Origin: an uncultured Alphaproteobacteria bacterium
Lineage (GTDB): Bacteria > Pseudomonadota > Alphaproteobacteria > HIMB59 > GCA-002718135
Length of the DNA: 64,000 nucleotides
Assembly: GCA_902621165.1 (NCBI GenBank)
Contig: CACNKX010000001.1
Span: 213,071-277,070, forward strand
Direction of reading: 5' to 3'
The notes under the pieces were generated by a model, which was not told the origin of the DNA, ran no database searches, and was given only the letters and a program-made list of their open reading frames with translations. Below, one piece after another: positions 46,799 to 58,111 of this stretch. Both the position numbers and the translations under genes were made by a program. Positions within the stretch are counted from its first letter, which is position 1; every line of letters starts with the position of its first letter.

Positions 46799-47643
46799 TT
46801 ATTTTTATTTACTTCAACTATTTCAATTTTTCTATTATTTGATTTAACAATCTTGATCCTAAGATCATTATTAAAATCTATAACCTCATTATTTTTTGGT
46901 ATCCTGTTTATTTTTTCGTATACAAGTCCACCTACAGAAGATGTTTCATCATCTTCACTTCTTGGAATATTAATTGAAAAAAATTCTTCCAAATCTTCTA
47001 CTCTATAACTAGCATCCACAGTTATTGAATTATCTGATTTTTTATAAACTAATTCTTCATCATCTTCTGCGTCATGTTCATCTTCAATCTCACCAACAAT
47101 TTCTTCAACTAAGTCTTCTATCGTTACCAATCCATCAACACCTCCAACTCCATCAACAACTAACCCTATATGAATCCTAGATGATCTCATGGTTTTCAGT
47201 AAATCTAAAATCGGAGATTTGGGAGCAACATATAATACGTCTCTTATTATTTCACTCATCTGAAATGTATCCTGTGAAGATTTAATAAAATCTTTTATGT
47301 GAAAAAAACCAATTACATTATCAATATTTTTTTTAAATACTGGAATTCTCGAATGTCCCTCTTCCTTAATAACTTCTAAAATTTCGTTGTAAGATTTATC
47401 ATGGTCTAAGGCTACTATTTCGCTTCTAGGTATCATTAAATCTTCAACACTTTTTTCATTCAAATTTACGATGTTTTTAATTAGATTTTTCTCATTATTA
47501 TCATTTAGATCGTCAATATTTTTATTATCTTCATCATTAGCTATAAAATTTAAAATGTCTTCTTTTGTTGAATCATTGGATAATAATTTTTTAATTATCC
47601 AATTTTTCCAGCTCGATGATTTATCAGCGTTATTTGTGTTCAT
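46795..47643 (-). CDS. corC: CBS-domain / CorC_HlyC transporter-associated protein
   Basis: 282 aa with a CBS pair (MIPRSEIVAL, HSRIPVF) and the CorC_HlyC C-terminal domain. It sits in the ybeY-corC order. Confidence 0.88.
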   Translation of the reverse strand: MNTNNADKSSSWKNWIIKKLLSNDSTKEDILNFIANDEDNKNIDDLNDNNEKNLIKNIVNLNEKSVEDLMIPRSEIVALDHDKSYNEILEVIKEEGHSRIPVFKKNIDNVIGFFHIKDFIKSSQDTFQMSEIIRDVLYVAPKSPILDLLKTMRSSRIHIGLVVDGVGGVDGLVTIEDLVEEIVGEIEDEHDAEDDEELVYKKSDNSITVDASYRVEDLEEFFSINIPRSEDDETSSVGGLVYEKINRIPKNNEVIDFNNDLRIKIVKSNNRKIEIVEVNKNN

Positions 47644-48122
47644 TAAATTGTGTAAGGATTGTTAATTCCAAATAATCCTAAAATTTTTATCTCCTCTCTT
47701 TTCATTTTTTTAAATTCTAAATTTTTTTTATGATTATATCCGTTAATATGCAATAAACTATGGATTAATAGATGGTTAAAATGATCATATATGCTAATTT
47801 TATTCCTACGTATATATTTTTCAATAGTATCAATTGAGAAAAAAATATCACAATATAAAATTTTTCCAACATTTTTATTTGAGTTCTTTGTAATAAAAGT
47901 AAGAACATCAGTATCTGTTTGTTTATTTTTATAGGTTTTATTAAGTTTAATCATTTTTGATTTATCTGTTAAAATTATATTCAGTTCAAATTTATGATCT
48001 CTTTTAAAATAAGAGCTCATTTTATTTATAGTCTTTTTTGTAATAGTCTTAATTTTAGGTATTCGCCTTGGCCATTTTTTTGATTCAGAAAAAAAATCAA
48101 CTTTTATGTTTTTCATATGCAT
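47643..48122 (-). CDS. ybeY: Endoribonuclease YbeY (rRNA maturation)
   Basis: 159 aa with the zinc motif HSLLHINGYNH. Confidence 0.9.
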   Translation of the reverse strand: MHMKNIKVDFFSESKKWPRRIPKIKTITKKTINKMSSYFKRDHKFELNIILTDKSKMIKLNKTYKNKQTDTDVLTFITKNSNKNVGKILYCDIFFSIDTIEKYIRRNKISIYDHFNHLLIHSLLHINGYNHKKNLEFKKMKREEIKILGLFGINNPYTI

Positions 48123-49056
48123 TAATAATTTTTTTGACTAAATCATGTCTAACGACATCCTTTTCTGATAATTCGATAAAACCTATATCGTTAACTTTAT
48201 TTAATTTTTTTAATGCATCCTTAAGCCCGGAATCTTTTTCACTTACAAGATCGATTTGTGTAATATCTCCTACAACCACCATTTGACTATTTTTACCTAA
48301 TCTAGTTAAAAACATTTTCATTTGTGTTTTTGTGGTATTTTGAGCTTCATCCAAAATTATAAAACAATCTTCAAGAGTTCTTCCTCTCATAAAGGCAATT
48401 GGTGCTATTTCTATTGTGTTGTTAAGTAATTTTTTTTCAACCTGTTCATAAGGTAGCATTGAATATAAAGCATCATAGATAGGTCTCAAAAAAGGATCTA
48501 CTTTTTCTTTTAAATCTCCAGGAAGAAAACCTAATTTTTCTCCAGCTTCAACAGCTGGTCTGGATAAAATAATTTTATTTACTTTGCCATCTTGAAGGGC
48601 TGAAACTGCTTTAGCAACAGCAAGATAAGTCTTTCCCGTCCCAGCAGGACCAATAGCAAATGTAATATTTTTGGTATTTAGTAATTGAAGATATTTATTT
48701 TGTATTTCAGTTCTAGGTATAATTTTTCTTTTTTTAGTTTGAATAAATAAATCCATCTGTTTGTCTGACTTAATATTCATAGATATTAAACTTTTATTAT
48801 CTCTAATTCTATCCTCATCTATTTCAGCACCATTTTGTGCTTCTTTAAATAAATTAAGAATAGTTTTCTTAGTTTCAAAAATTGATTTTTTATTACCTGA
48901 TATTTTAATTTTGTTTCCACGGTATTGGATTTTAACTTGATTAATTTCTTCTATAAGAGATAAGTTTCTATCATTGATACCAAATAAGTTACTTAAAATT
49001 GTATTATCTTCTAATTCTAATTCTAAATTTTCGTTTTTATTTACTATATCTGACAT
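48097..49056 (-). CDS. phoH: PhoH-like ATPase (YbeZ)
   Basis: 319 aa with the P-loop GPAGTGKTYLAV, ILDEAQN, and the VVVGDITQIDL motif. Confidence 0.93.
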   Translation of the reverse strand: MSDIVNKNENLELELEDNTILSNLFGINDRNLSLIEEINQVKIQYRGNKIKISGNKKSIFETKKTILNLFKEAQNGAEIDEDRIRDNKSLISMNIKSDKQMDLFIQTKKRKIIPRTEIQNKYLQLLNTKNITFAIGPAGTGKTYLAVAKAVSALQDGKVNKIILSRPAVEAGEKLGFLPGDLKEKVDPFLRPIYDALYSMLPYEQVEKKLLNNTIEIAPIAFMRGRTLEDCFIILDEAQNTTKTQMKMFLTRLGKNSQMVVVGDITQIDLVSEKDSGLKDALKKLNKVNDIGFIELSEKDVVRHDLVKKIINAYEKHKS

Positions 49057-50345
49057 TCAAGTGCAAAGTTAGTTGAGTTTGTAATTTTCACATTCATAAT
49101 TTGATTTAAGAGATCTTTTTTAGAGTTAATAAATGTACTTTGATTGTAGATTGTACGACCTATAAATTGATCTTTATGCCTGCCTACCTTTTCAAATAAT
49201 ACTTCCATCCCTTTATTAACAAATGATTTATTAAAATTTATTTGTTGTTGTGTAAGTAAAGATTGCAAAGCGCTTAACCGTGCTTTTTTATCTAACAAAC
49301 TAATATTATCTTTGTTTTGAGCAGGTGTTCCTGGTCTTGGACTATAAATAAATGAATAAGCAATAACAAAATTTACTTTTTCAATAAATTTCATTGTATC
49401 TTCAAAATCATTATCTGTTTCTTCCGGGAAACCGACAATAAAATCTGATGAAAGAGCAATGTCAGGGCGAACATTTCTTATTTTTTCAACTATTCTTAAA
49501 TAATCATCAACTGAGTGTTTTCTGTTCATTTTTTTTAAAATTTTATCTGAGCCAGATTGAATGGGTAGATGAAGAAAAGGCATAAGTTTTGAATTATCAG
49601 CATGGGCATTTATGAGGGAATCTTTCATATCTATAGGGTGGGATGTCATATATCTAATCCTTTTTATTTCTTCGATTTCACTGATTTTATTAATTAAGTA
49701 AGCTAGATCTTTTGATTTTCCATCTGATGCTACACCGTGGTAAGCATTAACATTTTGACCTAGCAAAATTATTTCTTTTATACCATTTGATACATATTTT
49801 TTTGTTTCTTCTACTATATCATCAACTGGTCTAGAAAATTCAGGTCCTCTTGTATATGGCACTACACAAAAAGAACAAAACTTATCACACCCTTCTTGAA
49901 TAGATAAAAATTCAGAAGATAAATTAGAAGAATTGAAAATTAAGTTTTTAAATTTTTCATTTTGTAAAAACTCACTATTTTCGATTGCATCGACTTTATC
50001 AATCATATCAGGTAATTTGTGATAAGATTGAGGTCCAACGACATAATCAACTGAAGGAGATCTTTTTTTTATTTCAAGACCTTCAGCTTGAGCTACACAA
50101 CCGGCAACTACTAATTTCATATTTTGTTTTTTGTCTTTAATTTTTTTTACTCTACCAATATCAGAATAAACTTTTTCAACTGCCTTTTCTCTAATATGAC
50201 AAGTATTTAAGACAGTTAAATCTGCTTTAGAAATATCTTTTGTTATTTTATATCCCTTATTTGAGAACAAATCTTTAATACGATTACTATCATATACATT
50301 CATCTGACAGCCATAAGATTTTATATAAATATATTTATCACTCAT
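49044..50345 (-). CDS. miaB: tRNA-i6A37 methylthiotransferase
   Basis: 433 aa with the UPF0004 N-terminus (YGCQMN), the radical-SAM [11 protein letters not shown], and a TRAM C-terminus. Confidence 0.95.
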   Translation of the reverse strand: MSDKYIYIKSYGCQMNVYDSNRIKDLFSNKGYKITKDISKADLTVLNTCHIREKAVEKVYSDIGRVKKIKDKKQNMKLVVAGCVAQAEGLEIKKRSPSVDYVVGPQSYHKLPDMIDKVDAIENSEFLQNEKFKNLIFNSSNLSSEFLSIQEGCDKFCSFCVVPYTRGPEFSRPVDDIVEETKKYVSNGIKEIILLGQNVNAYHGVASDGKSKDLAYLINKISEIEEIKRIRYMTSHPIDMKDSLINAHADNSKLMPFLHLPIQSGSDKILKKMNRKHSVDDYLRIVEKIRNVRPDIALSSDFIVGFPEETDNDFEDTMKFIEKVNFVIAYSFIYSPRPGTPAQNKDNISLLDKKARLSALQSLLTQQQINFNKSFVNKGMEVLFEKVGRHKDQFIGRTIYNQSTFINSKKDLLNQIMNVKITNSTNFALECQI

Positions 50346-50817
50346 TATTAATATTTTTTATGAAGCATTTAGCATGAATATTTTTGTCATTATACCTATA
50401 ATAGTTATGTCTAAAATTTAAAAAGACAAAGTTGTTTTTTTGATAAAAATTTATTGCTTCTACATTATCTTCAGCAACTTCAATGAAAATCTTTGAAAAA
50501 TTAAGATTATTTGTTTCAATATAATTTAATAATTTTGTTGCAATTTTTTTTCTTCTTTGATGTTTTGATACAAATAAAATATGTAATTCTAAATTATATT
50601 CTTTATCATTTTTAATTGTATCACCAATTAAGACTCCTACAAGATTATTATCCTTAAAATATCCAAGAGAGTAATTATTATTTTTGCTAAAATGACTTTC
50701 AATATTTTTTATATTCCATCCTATGTTTTTAAAATAATTAAATTCATCACTATTATCATTTATAAAATTGATTATTGATAATAAGTGTTCTTTATTTATT
50801 AAGCTAATTCTATTCAA
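50338..50817 (-). CDS. rimI: GNAT acetyltransferase, RimI-like
   Basis: 159 aa with the GNAT motif [12 protein letters not shown]. It sits in the tsaB-rimI order typical of bacteria. Confidence 0.75.
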   Translation of the reverse strand: MNRISLINKEHLLSIINFINDNSDEFNYFKNIGWNIKNIESHFSKNNNYSLGYFKDNNLVGVLIGDTIKNDKEYNLELHILFVSKHQRRKKIATKLLNYIETNNLNFSKIFIEVAEDNVEAINFYQKNNFVFLNFRHNYYRYNDKNIHAKCFIKNINNE

Positions 50818-51425
50818 TTTAGTAATTGATTATTTGATATATATATTGGTTCAATAATAATATTTTTTTTAAACGTAAAATTATTGTAATTGCTGTAAAA
50901 TTCTTCAAAAAAAGAAAACTTCATTTGTTCTAATTCATTTTTTTCATTTATTTTACTTTTATTAAAAAGAATCAAATCGATATTTTTTGGAATTGAATAT
51001 TTATTATTTTCAACTTTATAGTATTTCATGTTGTTATCTTTAATTTTATAACAAAAAAATTTCTGATTATTAGAAGAGGTTATAAAAACTCCCAAATTTT
51101 TTTTGGAATGTTTTATTGCGCTAAAGTTTAAGATATCCTCAATAGTTAGTGGGTAATATGGAATATTACGGGAAATCATAAGACCAGAAATAAATGCTGA
51201 ACCAACCCTTAAACTTGTGTAAGAACCAGGACCAATAGTTGTAGAAATTTTTTTGAGATTTTTAGTTAAATTTAATCGTTTATCTATTTCTAGATAGGCT
51301 TGTATTATATTATCACTTAACTTATCTTTTTCAGATTTAGTAATTTTCTGTTGTAATATTATTTTGTTGTCATCAATTACACAAAATTCTGGTATTGATG
51401 ATATAATATCTAGAAATAACAACAT
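50814..51425 (-). CDS. tsaB: tRNA t6A37 biosynthesis protein TsaB (YeaZ)
   Basis: 203 aa with [11 protein letters not shown], the TsaB signature. Confidence 0.85.
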   Translation of the reverse strand: MLLFLDIISSIPEFCVIDDNKIILQQKITKSEKDKLSDNIIQAYLEIDKRLNLTKNLKKISTTIGPGSYTSLRVGSAFISGLMISRNIPYYPLTIEDILNFSAIKHSKKNLGVFITSSNNQKFFCYKIKDNNMKYYKVENNKYSIPKNIDLILFNKSKINEKNELEQMKFSFFEEFYSNYNNFTFKKNIIIEPIYISNNQLLN

Positions 51426-52454
51426 ATGAAATTACATAACTACATTCTATTGCTATTTTTAAAAAGTATTTCTTTAATTTTTTTATTAGTAAGTAGTGCT
51501 TTTGCTAATGAAGTAAAAAACTCAGCAACTGTATTTATGTATCATAAATTTGGAGTTTCTAAATATCCCTCAACAAGTGTAACCATTGACCAACTTAATA
51601 GTCATATTGAAGAATTAACTAAAGAAAAATATACTATTAAATCATTAGATTTTATTATTGATACAATTATTAATGATGGTGATCTTCCAGCAAATACTAT
51701 TGGCATAAGTGTAGATGATGCTGATAAGTCTTTTTTAGAAGTGGGATGGCCTTTATTTAAAGAAAATAATATTCCTGTTACCTTATTTGTAACAACAGGG
51801 ACGATTTCAAATAATAAAAAATATATTAACTGGGATCAAATAAGAAAACTGAAAGAAGAAGGCGTAGTAATTGGTGCACACTCTCATACACATGCCCACA
51901 TGCCAGATATTAGTATTGAAGAAGTAAGAGATGAAATAGAAACATCTAATAGAATCTTCTTAAAAGAGCTTGGGGAGATACCAACTTTATTTGCATTTCC
52001 TTATGGTGAGACAACAGATGAAATAATTGAATTAGTAAAAGAATTTAAATTTAAGGTTGCTTTTGGACAGCATTCCGGAATAATTAATGAAACTTCTAAC
52101 ATGTATTATTTACCGAGATTTTCATTAAATGAAAGGTATGGTGAAATAGATAGAGTAAAATTTGCTGCTTCTTCTAAAGGATTAGGAGTTTATGACTTTA
52201 TACCTCAAAATCCAACTATTAAACAAAACCCACCATTCATAGGTTTCTCTCTTCTAGATGATAAAAAAGTTAAATCTCTAGATTGTTTTATATTTGATAG
52301 CAAAGGTCAGGTTGATAGAGAAATTTATAAATTTAACGAAAGAATTGAAATAAGACTTTCACGAGAATTGTCACCTGGAAGATCTAGAATGAATTGTACT
52401 GTTAAAGATGGTGAAGGAAATTGGAGATGGTTTGGTCACCAATTTTATTTTTAA
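51426..52454 (+). CDS. Secreted polysaccharide deacetylase family protein
   Basis: 342 aa with a signal-peptide-like N-terminus. NodB-type motifs are present: SVDDADKS (the DD metal/catalytic pair) and HSHTHAHM. Confidence 0.8.
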   Translation: MKLHNYILLLFLKSISLIFLLVSSAFANEVKNSATVFMYHKFGVSKYPSTSVTIDQLNSHIEELTKEKYTIKSLDFIIDTIINDGDLPANTIGISVDDADKSFLEVGWPLFKENNIPVTLFVTTGTISNNKKYINWDQIRKLKEEGVVIGAHSHTHAHMPDISIEEVRDEIETSNRIFLKELGEIPTLFAFPYGETTDEIIELVKEFKFKVAFGQHSGIINETSNMYYLPRFSLNERYGEIDRVKFAASSKGLGVYDFIPQNPTIKQNPPFIGFSLLDDKKVKSLDCFIFDSKGQVDREIYKFNERIEIRLSRELSPGRSRMNCTVKDGEGNWRWFGHQFYF

Positions 52455-53438
52455 TTAATAAGAAATAGTTTTTTGATCAAAGATACCAAAGTTATTAGTT
52501 TTAATAACTTGTCTTATTGTTTTAATATAATTTTCATCTTCTGCGTAAGTGCTTAATTTATTAACAAGTAAGTTAACATTGGAAAAATTATTTCGTTTTC
52601 TCATTATATTTCGGATATCACGAAAATCTTTATATGCATAATGAGAGTTAATATTGTCAAAATATGATTCAACACTATTACTATATGAGCTAAATGCTTT
52701 TATTAGATGAGTATCACCATTTTCTCTTTCAAGTGGGATAACACCTTCCGAGTCATCATAAGTGTATTCCCCAAAAAGTGCATTGTATTCTTTTGCAAAT
52801 CTAGACTTACCCCATCCGCTTTCAATTGCTGCTTGGGCTAATACTATTGAATTAGGTATTACATCAACGTTTGAAAGTATTTCGTTAACTAAATCTAATT
52901 TGTGTATATTTTGATACTTAATATTATACTTTTGGGCAATTTCATTAAGTTTTCTTATTTCATTATTATTGAGGGTTCTAAAAGTTTCTAACTTACCTTT
53001 GAGCTCATTAACGAAACTTCTAATCATTAAAATATTTTGATTTTCATTAATAATTATCGGTAAAACCGTTTTTACAAATTCTTTTTTATTTGAATCAAGG
53101 TAATCAAAATCTTTATCTGATAATGTTAGCTGCAAACTAGGATTAATTTGTTCTTCAATTTTTGATGTGATTATAGGATTAATAGGCTTTATTCTTACTT
53201 TAATAATTAATTTTTCATTCACTATTTCTGTAATAGGAGGGCCCTTAAGGGTAATTTCCTTTTCAGATGGTGTAATTTCTTTTTCAAAATATAATTTGTT
53301 TATTTGATTTGCGGTTTGAATGTTATTCTTATTATTGACAGTGTTATTTTCTACAAAGCCAACAAAGCCATTGCTTATAAAAATTAATCCAAGAAGTAAT
53401 AGAGGAAAGCAAAAAAAATTATACAGTCTATCCATCAA
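52455..53438 (-). CDS. Glucosaminidase-domain (Bax/FlgJ-C-like) peptidoglycan hydrolase
   Basis: 327 aa with an N-terminal membrane anchor and a C-terminal AQAAIESGWGKSRFAKEYNALFG motif of GH73-type N-acetylglucosaminidases. Confidence 0.8.
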   Translation of the reverse strand: MMDRLYNFFCFPLLLLGLIFISNGFVGFVENNTVNNKNNIQTANQINKLYFEKEITPSEKEITLKGPPITEIVNEKLIIKVRIKPINPIITSKIEEQINPSLQLTLSDKDFDYLDSNKKEFVKTVLPIIINENQNILMIRSFVNELKGKLETFRTLNNNEIRKLNEIAQKYNIKYQNIHKLDLVNEILSNVDVIPNSIVLAQAAIESGWGKSRFAKEYNALFGEYTYDDSEGVIPLERENGDTHLIKAFSSYSNSVESYFDNINSHYAYKDFRDIRNIMRKRNNFSNVNLLVNKLSTYAEDENYIKTIRQVIKTNNFGIFDQKTISY

Positions 53439-53997
53439 TAGGCCTTACTTCTTGTACTTCTGGAACATAGTGCTTTAACATATTTTCGATACCCATTTTT
53501 AAAGTAGCAGTTGAACTTGGACAACCTGAACAAGCACCTTGCATGTGGAGATATACGACACCATCCTTAAAACTATCATAAATAATATCACCGCCATCCA
53601 TAGCAACAGCTGGTCTTACTCGTGTATCCAGTAATTCTTTAATTTGTTTTACAATATCGGTATCGTTTTCATCAATCTCTAATGATTTATCTTCACCTTT
53701 TTTAGTAATATTAATTGTTGCATCTCCAGAATTATAATGATCCATTATTGAACCTAAGATTAACGGCTTCATAACTTGCCAATCTAAAGATTGATTTTTT
53801 GTAATAGTAATAAAATCACTTCCAAAAAACACTCCTTCAACTCCATCGACATCAAATAAGCGTTTTGCAAATGGTGAGTCAGCTGCTTCATCAATATTTT
53901 GGAAAAAGGCCGTGCCATCATCCATAACAACCTTACCGGGTAGAAATTTTAATGTTTGTGGATTGGGAGTTTGTTCAGTTTGTATAAACATATGCAC
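53428..53997 (-). CDS. NifU/Nfu-type Fe-S cluster scaffold/carrier
   Basis: 189 aa with the Nfu_N domain (FIQTEQTPNPQTLKFLPG) and a NifU C-terminal domain with CSGCPSS. Confidence 0.88.
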   Translation of the reverse strand: MHMFIQTEQTPNPQTLKFLPGKVVMDDGTAFFQNIDEAADSPFAKRLFDVDGVEGVFFGSDFITITKNQSLDWQVMKPLILGSIMDHYNSGDATINITKKGEDKSLEIDENDTDIVKQIKELLDTRVRPAVAMDGGDIIYDSFKDGVVYLHMQGACSGCPSSTATLKMGIENMLKHYVPEVQEVRPIDG

Positions 53998-54064
53998 TAT
54001 ATATAGTTATTAATATGTCTTTAGTATGAATTTTCTAAAAAAAAATTTAATATTTGGGGAATTT

Positions 54065-55072
54065 TTAGGATAAAAAACCAATAATTTCTTTAGTTTTTTG
54101 CAAAACAGGTTCTGCTACTGCTATAGCATTCTCTTTGCCCTGATTTAAAATAGAATCGATGTAAGAAACATCACTCATAAGTTTATTCATCTCAGTTGTA
54201 ATTGGTTCTAACTTAGATACGGATAAATCTGCCAAATCTTTTTTAAAGGTGGAGAATTCTTTCCCTGCATAATCTTTAATAACACTTTCAATGGTTGTAT
54301 CTTGCAAAGAAGCGAATATCGAGATTAGGTTTTCTGCTTCTGGTCTTTTTTCTAAATCAGTTTTATCTTGAGGTAGTGGTTCAGGATCTGTTTTTGCTTT
54401 TTTAATCTTTTGTGTAATATTTTCAGCTGTATCAGTTAACATTATTCTCGAATAATCAGAAGGATCTGATTTACTCATTTTTTTTGACCCATCACGCAGA
54501 CTCATAACCCTTGTAGCCTCCCCTAAAATTAACGGTTCAGGAATAGGAAAAAAATCTGTCTTAAAATCATTATTAAATTTTTGTGCTATATCTCTTGTTA
54601 ATTCCAAATGTTGTTTTTGATCATCACCTACAGGAACGTGCGTTGCCAAATAAATTAATATATCTGCTGCCATTAACGTTGGATAAGAAAATAAACCAAC
54701 AGATACATTCTCACTATTTTTACCAGCCTTATCTTTAAATTGTGTCATCCGGTTTAACCACCCCATTCGGGCAACACAATTGAATAACCATCCAAGCTGT
54801 GCATGTTGAGGAACTTGTGATTGAACAAAAATATTATTTTTCTTTGGATCAATACCAGAAGCAATAAATGCAGCTGTTACTTCTCGTGTTTTATTTGCTA
54901 AAACTTTTGGATCTTGCCAAACGGTAATCGCATGCAAATCAACAACACAAAAAAAGCATTCGTATTCTTTTTGAAGAGAAACAAAATTTTTTATGGCTCC
55001 AAGATAATTTCCTAAATGAAGATCACCAGATGGTTGGACACCGGACAGTATTCTTTTTGTTGGCTTTTCCAT
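54065..55072 (-). CDS. trpS: Tryptophanyl-tRNA synthetase
   Basis: 335 aa with [16 protein letters not shown] and KMSKS. Confidence 0.96.
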   Translation of the reverse strand: MEKPTKRILSGVQPSGDLHLGNYLGAIKNFVSLQKEYECFFCVVDLHAITVWQDPKVLANKTREVTAAFIASGIDPKKNNIFVQSQVPQHAQLGWLFNCVARMGWLNRMTQFKDKAGKNSENVSVGLFSYPTLMAADILIYLATHVPVGDDQKQHLELTRDIAQKFNNDFKTDFFPIPEPLILGEATRVMSLRDGSKKMSKSDPSDYSRIMLTDTAENITQKIKKAKTDPEPLPQDKTDLEKRPEAENLISIFASLQDTTIESVIKDYAGKEFSTFKKDLADLSVSKLEPITTEMNKLMSDVSYIDSILNQGKENAIAVAEPVLQKTKEIIGFLS

Positions 55073-55073
55073 A

Positions 55074-56621
55074 TTATTTTTTTAAATATTCTCTTAGCTG
55101 ATTTACCGATAGGACTTTTAACACAATTACTAATCCAAAATAAATAATTATAGCTAAAAAGATCATCAGAAGTAAAAGTGTTGAATTTAATAACACTGAA
55201 TTACCACTAATATTTGTAAAGAATAGTCCATTTAATTCGTAGATTCCTACAAATAATAGAAATGAACTTAGTAAAATTTTAATGGAATTCCTTACTAATA
55301 GATCATCAAATTTCATATGATTCCTAATAGCTAAAAAGAGGTACAGTAATAATGCATTTACCCATGCACTAATTGCTGTTGCAACAGCAATTCCCATTTC
55401 TCTCATTGATCCAATTAAAAGAAGCGATAACACAACATTAGTAATCACACTGACAATAGATATATAGAGAGGTGTTTTGGTATCTTCTCTTGCAAAGAAA
55501 CAGGAAACTAGAACTTTAATTATAATGTATGCAGGTAGACCTAAAGCAAAGTAACTTAATACTTTAGCAGTATAAAAAGTATCTTCTGTTACAAAGGCAC
55601 CTCGTTCAAATAAAATTTGAATAATGGGTTCTGCTAAAATAAATAATCCTATGGCTGATGGTAAAGAAATTAGTAATGAAAATTCAATAGATCTATTTTG
55701 AATATTATTTGTTGTTTCTTGATCTGATTGTTTAATTGCTTTTGATAAACTTGGTAAAAGAACAATGCCAAGTGCTATCCCAAAGATGGCAAGTGGTAAT
55801 TGGTTAAGACGATCTGCGTAATAAATATGACTGATAGCACCAACTGGTAAAAAGGAAGCGATGATAGTTCCAATAACAATATTTAATTGAATGACTCCTG
55901 AACCAACAACACCCGGTAAAAATAATATAAAAAACTTTTTTAATTTTTCATTTAAAACTGGAATGCGAATTCGTGGTCGGTAAAAATTTAGAACTGCTCT
56001 GTATAAATATAGAAATTGTAATATGCCGCCTATCAACACACCGTAAGATAATGCGTGACCTGCAGTTGTCACAAAAGGTGTAAGAAAGAATAATGATAGA
56101 ATAAAACTTATATTCAAAATGGCAGGAGCAAATGCACCAGCAGCGAAACGTTCATGAACATTATTAATTGAAGCAAAGTGAGCAGCTAAGGAAATAAAAA
56201 TAATATAGGGGAAAATTATTTTTCCAAAGTGCACGGCAAGTTCATAGGCCTCTTTATTATTGGTAAAACCTGGTGCCAAAACTTGAATGATATAAGGCAT
56301 CCCAAAAAAGAAAATGATTGTTAAAACGGCCGTAGCAAATAGTAACATTGAGGTCGTGTTTTCAACAAAGTCAGAAGCCTCGCGTTCATCTTTTGGATTG
56401 AGAACAACACCTGAGAAAACAGGGATTAATGCAGCACTGTATGCTCCTTCTGCTAGGACACGGCGAAAGAAATTAGGAATACGAAATGCTACGAAGAATG
56501 CATCAGCAATGACTGTCGATCCAAGATATCTTGCTATTAATATGTCACGAATAAAACCTAATACTCGACTTAAAAATGTATAGAAGCTGACAGTAAAGAA
56601 TGATCTAAAAAGACTCTTCAT
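55074..56621 (-). CDS. murJ: Lipid II flippase MurJ (MviN)
   Basis: 515 aa polytopic protein. The N-terminus [17 protein letters not shown]...[16 protein letters not shown] is typical of MurJ. Confidence 0.93.
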   Translation of the reverse strand: MKSLFRSFFTVSFYTFLSRVLGFIRDILIARYLGSTVIADAFFVAFRIPNFFRRVLAEGAYSAALIPVFSGVVLNPKDEREASDFVENTTSMLLFATAVLTIIFFFGMPYIIQVLAPGFTNNKEAYELAVHFGKIIFPYIIFISLAAHFASINNVHERFAAGAFAPAILNISFILSLFFLTPFVTTAGHALSYGVLIGGILQFLYLYRAVLNFYRPRIRIPVLNEKLKKFFILFLPGVVGSGVIQLNIVIGTIIASFLPVGAISHIYYADRLNQLPLAIFGIALGIVLLPSLSKAIKQSDQETTNNIQNRSIEFSLLISLPSAIGLFILAEPIIQILFERGAFVTEDTFYTAKVLSYFALGLPAYIIIKVLVSCFFAREDTKTPLYISIVSVITNVVLSLLLIGSMREMGIAVATAISAWVNALLLYLFLAIRNHMKFDDLLVRNSIKILLSSFLLFVGIYELNGLFFTNISGNSVLLNSTLLLLMIFLAIIIYFGLVIVLKVLSVNQLREYLKK

Positions 56622-56675
56622 ATGGTGGTTTTATAGTTTGAATGGTGATTTGTATAAGTGAAATTTATGGCTTAA

Positions 56676-57359
56676 TTACGAGCCAAAACAATATCCTGCT
56701 GATCTTACGGTTCTTATAAAATCTTCTTTTACGTCATTATTAATGGCCTTTCGCAGTCTTCTTATATGAACATCAACTGTTCGAGGTTCTACATGAGCCT
56801 CATTTTTCCAAACATGATTAAGTAATTGTTCACGGCTAAAGACACGACCAATATTTTCCATGAAGAAAGCTAATAAATTAAATTCTGTTGGACCAAGATG
56901 AAGAGTTTCACCATCTCGTGATGCCGAGTGAGATACAAGGTCAACTACTATTCCTTTATAAGTTAAAACTTCATCTACAAACATTGGTCTTATTCGTCGA
57001 AGAACAGCTTTTACTCTTGCCACTAATTCGTTAACCGAAAAGGGTTTTGTTATGTAATCATCTGCTCCAGTTTCTAAGCCGCGAAGTTTATCTTCTTCTT
57101 CACCTTTTGCTGTTAACATTATGATAGGAATATTCTTATGTTCTTTATGTTTTCTAATTCTACGACAAAGTTCAATTCCTGATAACTCTGGTAGCATCCA
57201 ATCAAGAATAATTATGTCAGGTGGTTTATATAAGATTTTTTCTAAAGCAGTTTCACCATCCGTTGCAGTATCTATTTTATATCCTTCTTTATTAAAATTA
57301 AATTTTAAAAGATCTAATAATGCTTCTTCATCTTCAACGATAAGCATTTTTAGTTTCAT
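56676..57359 (-). CDS. phoB: Phosphate regulon response regulator PhoB
   Basis: 227 aa OmpR-family protein (LDWMLPELSG, the VDVHIRRLRK motif), located at the end of pstSCAB-phoU. Confidence 0.93.
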   Translation of the reverse strand: MKLKMLIVEDEEALLDLLKFNFNKEGYKIDTATDGETALEKILYKPPDIIILDWMLPELSGIELCRRIRKHKEHKNIPIIMLTAKGEEEDKLRGLETGADDYITKPFSVNELVARVKAVLRRIRPMFVDEVLTYKGIVVDLVSHSASRDGETLHLGPTEFNLLAFFMENIGRVFSREQLLNHVWKNEAHVEPRTVDVHIRRLRKAINNDVKEDFIRTVRSAGYCFGS

Positions 57360-57381
57360 GAATCTTTACTATTAAAATTTT

Positions 57382-57399
57382 GTTACAATAATATTACAA
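57382..57399 (-). promoter_or_regulatory. Candidate Pho box upstream of phoB (TTGTAAT-ATTA-TTGTAAC)
   Basis: Two 7-bp direct repeats with an 11-bp period lie in the 41-bp phoU-phoB spacer. They resemble the E. coli consensus CTGTCAT-N4-CTGTCAT and the candidate upstream of pstS. Confidence 0.35.
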
Positions 57400-57400
57400 T

Positions 57401-58111
57401 TTATTTCTTCTTTGGAAGAATTGCTTCCCAGGTTGGGTCTGGATTACCATCAAATAGGGGCTCACCAGAAACTGCATAATAAATATCTTCAGCTATATTT
57501 TGTACATAGTCACCTATTCGCTCTAGGTCTTTAACCATATATAAAAGACTTGTACATGCTGTGATTCTTTTTGGTTCTTCCATCATGTAGGTTAATAATT
57601 GTCTTAATATTCCAAGATATTCTTCATCAATTTGTCTATCCATTAACCAAACTTTTTTTGCGGCTTGATCTGAAAATTCTAAAAAAGCTTTTATTACTTC
57701 ACTGATCATAATATTAACTTGTGCACCCATATTAATAATATCTCTCGAAGGTTTTTCTGGCAAAACTATTTCTGCTACTGCTACTCTTTTGGCAATATTT
57801 GTTGCATGATCTCCTATTCTTTCTAGATCTTTATTGATTTTAATTGCTGAAAAAATTGTTCGTAAGTCTGCAGCCATCGGTTGTCTTTTGCCAAGTATTT
57901 CAACTAAGCTTTGATCAAGAGTATTATATGCTTTATCAATTACATCATCGTTTTCTATAATTTTTTCGGCAAATTCTGTATCTTTATCCTTTAAACATTG
58001 AAGTGAGTCTTTTAGTTGATTTTCAACTAAACTGCCCATATCAACAATATTATTTTTAATGTCTCTAATTTCTTCATCATATGATTTTACAATATGTCCT
58101 TCTTGTTTCAT
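57401..58111 (-). CDS. phoU: Phosphate signalling accessory protein PhoU
   Basis: 236 aa with two PhoU repeats (ERIGDHATNIA and ERIGDYVQNIA). Confidence 0.95.
   Translation of the reverse strand: MKQEGHIVKSYDEEIRDIKNNIVDMGSLVENQLKDSLQCLKDKDTEFAEKIIENDDVIDKAYNTLDQSLVEILGKRQPMAADLRTIFSAIKINKDLERIGDHATNIAKRVAVAEIVLPEKPSRDIINMGAQVNIMISEVIKAFLEFSDQAAKKVWLMDRQIDEEYLGILRQLLTYMMEEPKRITACTSLLYMVKDLERIGDYVQNIAEDIYYAVSGEPLFDGNPDPTWEAILPKKK

Noticed and set aside
53998-54064. A possible AU-only hairpin (AAAAATT...AATTTTT) after trpS, considered as a terminator.
   Set aside because: The stem is 7 A-U pairs with a 12-nt loop, which is thermodynamically negligible and indistinguishable from background in this AT-rich DNA.
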